DNA from: an uncultured delta proteobacterium
GTDB taxonomy: Bacteria; Desulfobacterota; Desulfobaccia; Desulfobaccales; 0-14-0-80-60-11
Direction of reading: 5' to 3'
Assembly (NCBI GenBank): GCA_963812015.1
Contig: CAWETI010000002.1
Location: 1,408,001 to 1,472,000 of the forward strand
Length of the DNA stretch: 64,000 nucleotides
Positions 9,639 to 20,548 of this stretch are shown here, one piece after another. A model generated the notes under the pieces. It made no database searches. It was not told the DNA's origin and saw only the letters and a list, made by a program, of their open reading frames with translations. The translations under genes and the position numbers were made by a program. How positions within the stretch are numbered: the first letter of the stretch is position 1; the number at the start of each line of letters is the position of its first letter.

Positions 9639-9783
9639 TTAATAATTTTAATGCATTTCTAAGAATGATCAAGCGCAAATATATCTAATTAATTCAAGGT
9701 GTTGCAATGTTATCAATAATTTCAATGAGTTATCTTGTAAAAGGGGAATTCAAATAGGTTTTAACAATAAAGACCAAAAAAGC

Positions 9784-9885
9784 AATGAAGGCGGAGCAGC
9801 AGCCCCGCCTTCATTGTGGCTAAAAGGGTTGGGTAGGGGGTTTGGGGGAAGTCCAGGGACCCGCGTCCCTGGCCCTCCCCCCAAA
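9784..9885. repeat. Hairpin plus family A palindromic repeat downstream of secA
   Basis: AATGAAGGCGG...CCGCCTTCATT hairpin followed by GGTTGGGTAGGGGGTTTGGGGGA...CCCTGGCCCTCCCCCAA. Confidence 0.6.
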
Positions 9886-9888
9886 AAA

Positions 9889-12384
<2,496 letters not shown>

Positions 12385-12529
12385 ATAGGTATCTGCCAAT
12401 AAAAACCCCCGATAAAGCCAGGCTTCACCGGAGGAATGAAGGCGTGGTTACAGTTGCCCTAGCGCTGGCCGCGGGGTCCATCTTCCTGCCAGCCACCCTA
12501 CCCCCCATGCAGATGGGGTTCTTTAAAAG

Positions 12530-12558
12530 AAAATAACGCACCGGCCTAAGACTGTCAA
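12530..12558 (-). promoter_or_regulatory. Sigma70-type promoter upstream of secA
   Basis: TTGACA (12558-12553), 17-nt spacer, TATTTT (12535-12530). Confidence 0.55.
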
Positions 12559-12566
12559 GTTAATCG

Positions 12567-13040
12567 TTAATCCCCGGGGGCCGTCGCGGTCAGGTCCAGG
12601 AGCATGGGAACCTCGTCGCAGTCGGGAAATTTGACGCAATTGACGCAATCGGCCCAGACGATGGGAAGCAGGTCTTCCCGGGAGACGACTTGGAAACCGA
12701 AACGCTGGAAATAATCCGGGCGCAGGGTCAGGAGGAAGATTTCACTCAAGCCGATGGCCCGGGCCTCGGTTAGGCAGGTTTCCACCAGGCGGGAGGCGAT
12801 CCCCCGGCTCCGGTGGGTCGGGACCACGGCTACGGACCGGATTTCCCCCAGGCCGGCCCAACAGATATGCAAGGCGGCGATGCCCAAGAGGGGGCCCTGC
12901 TCCTCCCGGTACACGTAGTAATCCCGCAGCTGGCCGTAGAGATCGGCCAGGGTGCGGGGCAGGATGCCCCCGTCCTGAGAGAACTCCACCAGGAAGCGGC
13001 GGATTTCCGGGACTTCGTGTATTTTGGCCTTGCGAATCAT
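12567..13040 (-). CDS. GNAT N-acetyltransferase, short N-acetylglutamate synthase type
   Basis: ILPR, EIRSVAV, RGIASRLV, C-terminal WADCVNCVKFPDCDE; close to argJ. Confidence 0.85.
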   Translation of the reverse strand: MIRKAKIHEVPEIRRFLVEFSQDGGILPRTLADLYGQLRDYYVYREEQGPLLGIAALHICWAGLGEIRSVAVVPTHRSRGIASRLVETCLTEARAIGLSEIFLLTLRPDYFQRFGFQVVSREDLLPIVWADCVNCVKFPDCDEVPMLLDLTATAPGD

Positions 13041-13120
13041 TGTCGGGTTAGAGGGTTACGGAAAGTTTATGCTTCGATTATACTTTATGATTATATCATC
13101 AGGTTAAAGGTAAAACCACT

Positions 13121-13627
13121 ATGTCCGTCATTGCCAAAGATAACTATGTATCCCTGGAGTACCGCCTGTGGCTGGATTCCGGGGAACAACTCCGGGGCAC
13201 CCCGGAGGCGCCGGCGGTGCTCACTTTCATAGCCGGTTGCGAAGAGCTCATGCCGGGGTTGGAGCGCCGTCTCCGGGGGCTCAGGGAGCAGGATGCGGTG
13301 GAGTTCGTGGTGCCCGCGGCCGAGGCCTTCGGGGACTACGACCCCGATTTTGTCCAGGAGTGGAGCCACAAGGTTTTTCCTCCGGGCATGGAACTCAAGC
13401 CGGGGCAGAAGGTGGTCCCCGCCAACCTGCCGTTTCCGCCGGAATATCCCCTGGTCGTCAAGGAAGTCAGGGAAGATGTGGTGATTCTGGATATGAACCA
13501 CCCCTTTTCAGGCCATGACCTGCGCTACCAGGTGCGGGTTGTCGAGGTCCGCCCGGCCACCCCGGAGGAACTGGAACCCTTAAAGGAGTGCCAATCCTGC
13601 CGGGAGGGGATGAGCTGCGAGGTTTAG
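13121..13627 (+). CDS. FKBP-type peptidyl-prolyl isomerase (SlyD-like)
   Basis: VSLEYRL, LMPGLE, AEAFGDYDP, LDMNHPFSG.DL; Cys-containing tail. Confidence 0.9.
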   Translation: MSVIAKDNYVSLEYRLWLDSGEQLRGTPEAPAVLTFIAGCEELMPGLERRLRGLREQDAVEFVVPAAEAFGDYDPDFVQEWSHKVFPPGMELKPGQKVVPANLPFPPEYPLVVKEVREDVVILDMNHPFSGHDLRYQVRVVEVRPATPEELEPLKECQSCREGMSCEV

Positions 13628-13742
13628 GCCTTTCTGGAGACCGGCCGCCTCTTAAGCGGTGGGCCTGAGCCGCCGGGGCCAAAGCAAGGGGAGGAGGACC
13701 CGGGTCCCCCTCCCCTTAGTTGATCTTCCGTATTCGGGGCGT

Positions 13743-13931
13743 TTAGGTTTCCGTTATCGTAATCGCGCCCGAGGGGCAGACCTCAATACAGCTCTCGCAG
13801 CCCAGGCATTCATCCTCGTTCACCGGGACGGCTTTGTCAGCCTGCATCTCGAAGACGCCCACGGGGCAGACGTTTACGCACTCCTCGTCCCCGGTACACT
13901 TGTCAGTATCAACTTCAACCCGCCATGCCAT
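13743..13931 (-). CDS. Dicluster ferredoxin (7Fe/8Fe type with CxxDxxC)
   Basis: CTGDEECVNVCP and CLGCESCIEVCP; AAGGAGG RBS. Confidence 0.95.
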   Translation of the reverse strand: MAWRVEVDTDKCTGDEECVNVCPVGVFEMQADKAVPVNEDECLGCESCIEVCPSGAITITET

Positions 13932-14124
13932 TTCAGTAGTACCTCCTTAAAATTGCGCCATTTATAACAATATATCAAAAAAAGTTCCTGGTGAAAACAG
14001 GGGGACATGTTTAAGAAATAATCCGATGCGTATGCTTCGGCAGCCGCAGACTTTGGCAATTCTCAGGACGAGACGCCTGGGCCACGTGAATTAAGCTGGG
14101 GCGGGGAAAAAGGCCTTTCCGGAA

Positions 14125-15573
14125 CTAGAGGCGCACCCGCTCCGGTATCTCGTGGTCCGGACGCGTTGCGTTTTCTTCCGAGTCGGCATCACCCCGGTAC
14201 TCCCGGGCCCGCCGCACCAGCGCCTTAGCCCACTGAGGGCAGCCCAGGGCGTGGAGATGGGTGTAAGTGGCCAGGACGTTTTGATAAAGGAGACCTTCCC
14301 GTTGCCCGCCGATGCCGGAGCCCCGGCTGACCGTAAAGGCCATGGGGACCTCGGGCCCCGGGTCGGGCATCATCTGGGAATAATGAAATTCGTGGCCCTT
14401 GAGCACGGTTCCCCGGGGAAAGTACGGGTTGTCCCGGGTCACTTCCAGGATGGTGTAGCCATGTCCCTGGGGCTTCTTGCCCATGACGAAGTCATAGGGA
14501 AAGAGGCCGGCCATGGGGAATTTTTCTCCCTGGATTTGAATAGTCTCGCCCAGGAACATGAGGCCGCCGCACTCGGCATAGATGGGCAAACCGGCCTGGG
14601 CCGCGGCCTTTACCGAGTTGCGAAAGCTCAAATTCTCGGCCAGGGCCCGGGCATGGGTCTCGGGGAAGCCGCCGCCGATATAGAGGGCGCCCAGATTGGC
14701 CGGGAGGATAGGGTCCTCCAGAGCGCTCAGCTCCACCAGGACCGCACCCTCACGCTCCAGGGCTTCCAGGTTTTCCGGGTAATAAAACTGGAAGGCCGAG
14801 TCCCGGATAACGCCGATGGTCACTGGGGCGGCCGAGGTAGCCGGAAGTTCGATTAGGCCGGGTGACGCCGGCAGGGGCGGGGCCTGGATAGCCACCTGCC
14901 AGAGGCCATCCAGGTCAAGGTAGCGCCGGGCCAGGTCCCGGGCGGTGTTCACGGCCCGGATGGCGGTATGGTGCTCCAGGGGGGGCACCAATCCCATGTG
15001 GCGTTCGGGAAAGACCTCACACTTGAGCCGGGGGATGGCCCCCAGCACCGGGATGCCGCAGTAGGTTTCGATGGCGCTGCGGATGATGGCTTCGTGACGA
15101 GGACGGGCGATCTGGTTGAGGATCACGCCCCGGATGGGCACCTGGGGGTCGAAGTGCTGGCAGCCCAGCACCAGGGCGGCGGTGGTGCGGGTCCGCATGG
15201 TGCAGTCCACCACCAACACTACCGGGGTGGCCAAAAACTTGGCCAGTTCGGCGGTGCTATAAGTACCCTGGGCATCGAGGCCGTCGTAAAGGCCCCGGTT
15301 GCCTTCGATGAGGATGGCGTCAGCCTGATCGGCATGGCGGACCACTGAAGCCAGAATCTGGTCCCCCTCCATGAGGAAGGGGTCCAGATTATGGCTGGGG
15401 CATCCGGCTGCCAGGCAGTGCCAGGCCGGGTCGATATAGTCGGGGCCCTTCTTGAAGGGCACCAACCGACGCCCCTGGTCCCGCCAAGCGGCCAGGAGCC
15501 CCAACGTCAAGGTGGTCTTGCCGGCCCCACCCCTGAGAGCTGCCAGCAGCAGCCGGGGACAGGGCTTATTCAT
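14125..15573 (-). CDS. dsrN: Cobyrinate a,c-diamide synthase homologue (siroheme amidase DsrN)
   Basis: GGAGKTT, KKGPDYID, IEGNRGLYDG, YAECGG, GHEFHYS; translationally coupled to dsrD. Confidence 0.9.
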   Translation of the reverse strand: MNKPCPRLLLAALRGGAGKTTLTLGLLAAWRDQGRRLVPFKKGPDYIDPAWHCLAAGCPSHNLDPFLMEGDQILASVVRHADQADAILIEGNRGLYDGLDAQGTYSTAELAKFLATPVVLVVDCTMRTRTTAALVLGCQHFDPQVPIRGVILNQIARPRHEAIIRSAIETYCGIPVLGAIPRLKCEVFPERHMGLVPPLEHHTAIRAVNTARDLARRYLDLDGLWQVAIQAPPLPASPGLIELPATSAAPVTIGVIRDSAFQFYYPENLEALEREGAVLVELSALEDPILPANLGALYIGGGFPETHARALAENLSFRNSVKAAAQAGLPIYAECGGLMFLGETIQIQGEKFPMAGLFPYDFVMGKKPQGHGYTILEVTRDNPYFPRGTVLKGHEFHYSQMMPDPGPEVPMAFTVSRGSGIGGQREGLLYQNVLATYTHLHALGCPQWAKALVRRAREYRGDADSEENATRPDHEIPERVRL

Positions 15574-15815
15574 CAGTGCTTTGCGGCCCCTTCTTCGTGG
15601 GGAATTTCGATGAAGCTCCCACCGAAGTAGGTATAGACGCAGCGGCCGCCGTCGATGAGAGTCTTGATCCCGAACTTGATCATAGTCTTGTCCTGATCAG
15701 GATGCGCCTTGAGGACGGCCTTCTGGATGTCCATGGCCTTGAGCTGTTTTTTGCCCTGGGCCTTTGCCACCATATCGAAGATAAATTCTACCAACTCTTC
15801 TTTGGAAAGTGCCAT
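15573..15815 (-). CDS. dsrD: Dissimilatory sulfite reductase-associated protein DsrD
   Basis: 80-aa Lys-rich protein directly after dsrB; YTYFGGSF motif. Confidence 0.85.
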   Translation of the reverse strand: MALSKEELVEFIFDMVAKAQGKKQLKAMDIQKAVLKAHPDQDKTMIKFGIKTLIDGGRCVYTYFGGSFIEIPHEEGAAKH

Positions 15816-15828
15816 TTATCCCACCTGC

Positions 15829-16899
15829 TTAGAATTTAAAATGCATCGACGTCCGGTAGGTGTCATAAGCCCAACGGTATTCGTCAATGTGCTGGAAGGT
15901 AAAGGGAATTTCGCATACTTCAAAGAACTTTTCCCACCCGATGCGATTGACCCATTCGCCCACGCGCTCCCACTTGTTAGCGCCTTCGGCGTACTTGATG
16001 AGGATCTTACGGATGGCCTGGACCACTTCCGGCCAGCGGGGCGGATTGTTGGGCAGATAGGGCACCGCCAGCTTGGAGAACATGGGCGGGGTCTTGGAAT
16101 TGGACACTTTGCCGCCGACCAAGAGGGCTACGCCGCCTTTCACGGAGTCGAACACCGGCAGGGCCGGGCACATGGTGTAGCAGTTGCCGCAGTACATGCA
16201 GCGCTCATCGTTGATCACCACGCTCTTGATGCTCTTGTCCGGATGGGGCCGGATGGCGCCGGTGGGGCAAGCCGCGATCGTGGTGGGAATTTCGCACAGG
16301 TGGCGCAGCCTCTCGTGGTTAACTTTGGGGGGCGTGCGGTGGATCCCCAGGATGGCGATGTCGGAGCAGTGCACCGCGCCGCACATATTGAGGCAGCAGG
16401 CCAGGGCGATGCGCACCTGGGCCGGCAGCTTGTGGCTGCCGAAGTACTCAAACAGGTCGTCCATGACGGCCTTGACGATCCCGGAGGCGTCGATGGCCGG
16501 GGTATGGCAATGCACCCAGCCCTGGGTGTGAACGATGCTGGTCACCGAGTGGCCGGTACCGCCCACGGGGATGCCCATCTTTTTGCAGGCGTCCTTCAGG
16601 CCGGCGATCTTGCCCTGGTCGGTGAGCAGGAACTCGATGTTGTTCCGGGAAGTGAAGCGCAGGTAGCCGTCGCAGAACTTGTCGGCCAGGCCGCACACAT
16701 CTTTGATGAAGTCGGTGGTCACCAGGCGGCCGGAGCCACCCCGGACGGAATAGATTTTGGCGCCGGACTCGGACACGTGCATCAGCACACCGGGTTCCAG
16801 GATTTCATGGTATTTCCACTTGCCGTAGTTGTCTTTGATGATGGGCGGCAAGAACTTGTCAAATTTGGGGGGGCCAATATCAGTTATACGGTCAGCCAT
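15829..16899 (-). CDS. dsrB: Dissimilatory sulfite reductase beta subunit
   Basis: [44 protein letters not shown]. Confidence 0.98.
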   Translation of the reverse strand: MADRITDIGPPKFDKFLPPIIKDNYGKWKYHEILEPGVLMHVSESGAKIYSVRGGSGRLVTTDFIKDVCGLADKFCDGYLRFTSRNNIEFLLTDQGKIAGLKDACKKMGIPVGGTGHSVTSIVHTQGWVHCHTPAIDASGIVKAVMDDLFEYFGSHKLPAQVRIALACCLNMCGAVHCSDIAILGIHRTPPKVNHERLRHLCEIPTTIAACPTGAIRPHPDKSIKSVVINDERCMYCGNCYTMCPALPVFDSVKGGVALLVGGKVSNSKTPPMFSKLAVPYLPNNPPRWPEVVQAIRKILIKYAEGANKWERVGEWVNRIGWEKFFEVCEIPFTFQHIDEYRWAYDTYRTSMHFKF

Positions 16900-16967
16900 T
16901 TTCCTCATTCCTCCTTATGATTCGGCACTAAGCCAGGCAAGTATGCTTTAATGAGAAAGTTGCCTCA

Positions 16968-18206
16968 TTATTTGATGTATTTACGGCCCGCGGCCTCGGC
17001 CTCGAAGTCTTCGGCGTGCCAGAAAAAGAAGGGGTTGGCCCGGGGGGTCCTGACGGTCTGGGGCACCGGGGGCAGTCCCACGCCCTGGAAGAAACTCCGC
17101 ATCCCCAGGCGCAGCATCAATTCACCCACGCGCTCCCGGTTTTTGCCGTTTTCCGACCACCATTCGTGGATATTGCCGATTAGCTCCGTGAACTCTTCAT
17201 AGGGCGCTTCCATCTGCATGAAGGGGACGATAACCCAGCTCATCTGGGCGCCTTCCAGGATGGGGGCGTGCGATCCCAGGAGCAGGGTGGCGCCGGTTGC
17301 GGTACCGGGCCGCAGGGCCTGGGGCATCATGTTGATGCAGTGCATGCAATGGTTGCAGTTCTTGTTGTCGATGGTCAGCTTATTGCCGTCATAGCTCATG
17401 CAAATAGTGGGGCAGAGATCGGTGACATCGGCCTTGATGTCGAGCTTTTTATAAACGGTGCCGCCACCCGCAGGCTTGATTTCGCCGGCGGCATAGGCCT
17501 TCACCGCGGCCTGGTCGATGCGGATGTCGTCTTTCCAGACGCCGATGACGCTCATGTCGGCCCGGGCAATCGCGGCCACGCAGTCATTGGGGCAGCCGGA
17601 GCATTTGACTTTGAATTTATAGGGGAAAGACGGGCGATGCATTTCGAACTGGAAGTGCTGGGTGGTTTCATAGCACAAGTCCATGGTGTCATAGCAGGCC
17701 CATTCGCAGCGAGCCTTGCCCACGCAGCAGGACGGGGTCCGCATAGCCGAACCGGAGCCGCCCAGGTCCCAACCTTTGGCCGTCAGTTCGGCAAAGGTGG
17801 GTTCCAATTCATCGGTGGTGGTGCCCAGGAAGATCATGTCGCCGGTGGAGCCATGCACGTTCAGGATGCTGCTGCCATGCCGGTCCCAAATGTCGCACAG
17901 GTCCCGCAACGCCTCGGTGGTATAAAACCAGCCGGAGGGCTGGTTGACGCGTACCGTATGGAAATGCTCGACGCCGGGGAATTCTTCAGGCAGGTCGATG
18001 TAACGGCCGATGATGCCGGAGCCGTAACCCAGGACGCCGACGATGCCGCCATGCTTCCAGTGGGTAATCTTGTCTTTGTACGAGCGCTCCAACACCCCCA
18101 GCAAATCCGCAGCTGATTTTTTCCGACCGGCGACCCGCTTCAAATCCTTCACGAAGCTGGGCCACGGACCGGACTCCAGTTGATCCAACAATGGAGTTTT
18201 ATGCAT
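16968..18206 (-). CDS. dsrA: Dissimilatory sulfite reductase alpha subunit
   Basis: TPLLDQLESGPWPSFV, THWKHGGIVGV, RTPSCCVGKARCE, FPYKFK.KCSGCPNDC. Confidence 0.98.
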   Translation of the reverse strand: MHKTPLLDQLESGPWPSFVKDLKRVAGRKKSAADLLGVLERSYKDKITHWKHGGIVGVLGYGSGIIGRYIDLPEEFPGVEHFHTVRVNQPSGWFYTTEALRDLCDIWDRHGSSILNVHGSTGDMIFLGTTTDELEPTFAELTAKGWDLGGSGSAMRTPSCCVGKARCEWACYDTMDLCYETTQHFQFEMHRPSFPYKFKVKCSGCPNDCVAAIARADMSVIGVWKDDIRIDQAAVKAYAAGEIKPAGGGTVYKKLDIKADVTDLCPTICMSYDGNKLTIDNKNCNHCMHCINMMPQALRPGTATGATLLLGSHAPILEGAQMSWVIVPFMQMEAPYEEFTELIGNIHEWWSENGKNRERVGELMLRLGMRSFFQGVGLPPVPQTVRTPRANPFFFWHAEDFEAEAAGRKYIK

Positions 18207-18318
18207 GAACACTTTCCTCCCTTAATTAAATGGTCCCCTATGGGCTTATCCTTTTTTTCACAAAATCATTCCTATCTCATAATATCGCAGGCGATTTGTC
18301 AACTAAAAAATTGGTACC

Positions 18319-19632
18319 CTAAATTTCGTTAAGGATTTTCAAGGGCCCCAAGTCCCGTAAAGCGTCGGCGCAGACCGCGGCCGGACCCATGACCAGGGTG
18401 ACCAGGTTGTCGGGCTGCAGGTGGTCCTGAGCCGCAGCCGCCGCGGTGTTCAGGGTGACGCCGCGAATTTGGTCACAATAGCGCGTCAGATAATCGGTGC
18501 CCAGGTCATAGAGGTCAATGGACATTGCCTGCCGGGCGATCCCCCGGGAGGTCTCCAGCCCCAGAGGGAAATGGCCCACGTAATAGCTTTGGGCTTCCGC
18601 CAGTTCCTGATTCGTGACCCCGTTTCGGTGGACTTCGGTGAGCACCGACCGGATCTCCTGCACCACCTGGGCGGTGTGGTCCGCCGGGGTGAAGGTGGAG
18701 ACGATGAAGGGACCTGGGGCCCGGCGGAAGGAGAAGCTACTGCGGATGCCGTAGGTGAAGCCCAGGTCCGAGCGGATCCGGGCCATGAGGCGGGAGGAGA
18801 AGCCGCCCTCACCCAATACGTAGTTCACCAGCTTCAGGGGAAAGTAATCGCCATGGGCCCGGGGCAGCCCCAGGTGGCCCACCCGGATTTCGCTCTGGGT
18901 CAGGTCGGGCCGGTCCAGGAGATAGATGCCGGGGGCGCACAGACTCGCGGGCGCCGCGGCATACGGCGGGCTGGCCGGGCCGCCGCCGGTCCAGTTTCCC
19001 CAGAGCCGGGCGGCTTCTTCCTGCACCCGGTCAAAGGCCTCCATGCCCACCACCACCAGGGTGGCAGTGGCCAGGGAGAACTCCCGGCGGTAAAAGTCCT
19101 GAAGATCAGCAACCCCGAGATTATCCAGGCTGCGGAGGTCTCCCGGCACCGCATGGCCGTAAGGCGAATTTCCAAAGAACAAGCGCAGATAGTGGACATT
19201 GGCCATTTCCCGGGGATCGTCTTGCTGGTGCACCAGTTCGGCCCGGCGCCGTTCCTTCAGGAGGGGAAACTCGGCCTCGGGGAAACCGGGGGTCTGGACC
19301 ACTTCGGCCAGGGTGGCCATCAATTCCGGGAAATCTTCGGCCAGCCCCTCCAGGTTCACCAGAGTGGCGTCCCAGCCGCTCCGGGCGTCAAGAGACGCCC
19401 CCCGGGATTCGATGTCCTCGGCCAGTTGCAACTGCGAGCGCCGGGTGGTGCCCAGGGTGAGCAGCTCCGCGGTCCAATCGGCCACCCCGGGCTTGTCCAG
19501 GGGGTCGGTTTCGGCGCCTCGCTTGGCCATGAAGGTGAGGCTCAGCCAGGGCACCCGGTCGTACTCCACGCCTAACAGCTTCATGCCGCCCGGTAGGGTG
19601 GCCTGGTGAATCTCGGGAAGAAAATCTGTCAT
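18319..19632 (-). CDS. M16 zinc peptidase family, non-catalytic subunit
   Basis: M16 fold with LGEGGFSSRL..IR...G.TY; no HxxEH. Confidence 0.9.
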   Translation of the reverse strand: MTDFLPEIHQATLPGGMKLLGVEYDRVPWLSLTFMAKRGAETDPLDKPGVADWTAELLTLGTTRRSQLQLAEDIESRGASLDARSGWDATLVNLEGLAEDFPELMATLAEVVQTPGFPEAEFPLLKERRRAELVHQQDDPREMANVHYLRLFFGNSPYGHAVPGDLRSLDNLGVADLQDFYRREFSLATATLVVVGMEAFDRVQEEAARLWGNWTGGGPASPPYAAAPASLCAPGIYLLDRPDLTQSEIRVGHLGLPRAHGDYFPLKLVNYVLGEGGFSSRLMARIRSDLGFTYGIRSSFSFRRAPGPFIVSTFTPADHTAQVVQEIRSVLTEVHRNGVTNQELAEAQSYYVGHFPLGLETSRGIARQAMSIDLYDLGTDYLTRYCDQIRGVTLNTAAAAAQDHLQPDNLVTLVMGPAAVCADALRDLGPLKILNEI

Positions 19633-19647
19633 GGTGACTTCCTTATC

Positions 19648-20523
19648 TTAAAGGGTTTCTGTTAAGAACATCCTGATCCGTTCGGCGTTGGATTGCCAGG
19701 TGGACTTCGAGGGAATGTGAGGCCCCTCGAACACTTCCACTGCGGTGAGACTGGGGAGCAGTTCTTTGGCCCGACGCAGGGCAGGTTCTACCGGAATGAA
19801 AATATCTGATTTAGCCAGAAATAGCAGGGTTGGAGCCTTGAACCCCGATAGGGTTTCTTTATCGAACGGTCCTGGAGGGGCCACATTTAATTTGACGTAG
19901 CGGAAGGTTGCGTCGAACACCTGAAGGGAAAAGTCATCCGTCATGCCGGCCAAAGGCTGAACCGTGCCAAGCAGGCGCTCCCGGCTGGGAAAATAGCGAT
20001 ACAGCAGACAGGGGATGAAAAACTTGATGGTCGGACAGAGGAACGGGACCCGGGTGAGGCCGGCGGGCGCCACCAGGGCCGCCCGGGAGATGCGCTCCGG
20101 GGCATAAGAGGCCGTATCCAGGAGAATGCCTCCTCCGAAGGAAACCCCGATAAACGGAAGTCGTACGAGGCCCAGGCCGTTAAGGACGTCTACCATCCAT
20201 TTGCCGTAATTGTGGTCCCCGGGCGGCACCCGGGTCTGAGCGCTGCGGCCCGGTTGGCCGATGGGGTCCGGGGCGAAGAGCCGGTAGTCTCTGGTAAGGG
20301 GCAGGAAACATTCCAGGATGCGAGGCGACCCGGTGCTTATGCCGGTCAACACCATTACGGGCGGCGCATCTTGGGGGCCAGCTGCTAAGACATGGGTGTG
20401 GCCGAAGCGGGTTTCCACCACCCGGCTTTGAGTTTCAACGGCGAGACTGGCCAGCTTTTGCTCATAGAGGGCAATAAGTTCAGCTTCGCCCTGGGCGCTT
20501 CGGTAAATAGATGCAACGGACAT
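19648..20523 (-). CDS. Alpha/beta hydrolase (carboxylesterase-like)
   Basis: ETRFGHTHV, DPIGQPGRS, GVSFGG nucleophile elbow, C-terminal GPH. Confidence 0.9.
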   Translation of the reverse strand: MSVASIYRSAQGEAELIALYEQKLASLAVETQSRVVETRFGHTHVLAAGPQDAPPVMVLTGISTGSPRILECFLPLTRDYRLFAPDPIGQPGRSAQTRVPPGDHNYGKWMVDVLNGLGLVRLPFIGVSFGGGILLDTASYAPERISRAALVAPAGLTRVPFLCPTIKFFIPCLLYRYFPSRERLLGTVQPLAGMTDDFSLQVFDATFRYVKLNVAPPGPFDKETLSGFKAPTLLFLAKSDIFIPVEPALRRAKELLPSLTAVEVFEGPHIPSKSTWQSNAERIRMFLTETL

Positions 20524-20548
20524 GCGGTTTTTCCAGATACGTCTTCCC

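Noticed and set aside
12445..12490. Cobalamin riboswitch suggested by GCAACTGTAA in the secA leader
   Set aside because: The GGGAA-nnGGTG-nAAnTCC core and B12 box are missing, and the gene context does not fit.
14125..15573. cbiA/cobB of cobalamin synthesis
   Set aside because: It is coupled to dsrD and no other cob/cbi genes are adjacent, so DsrN fits better.
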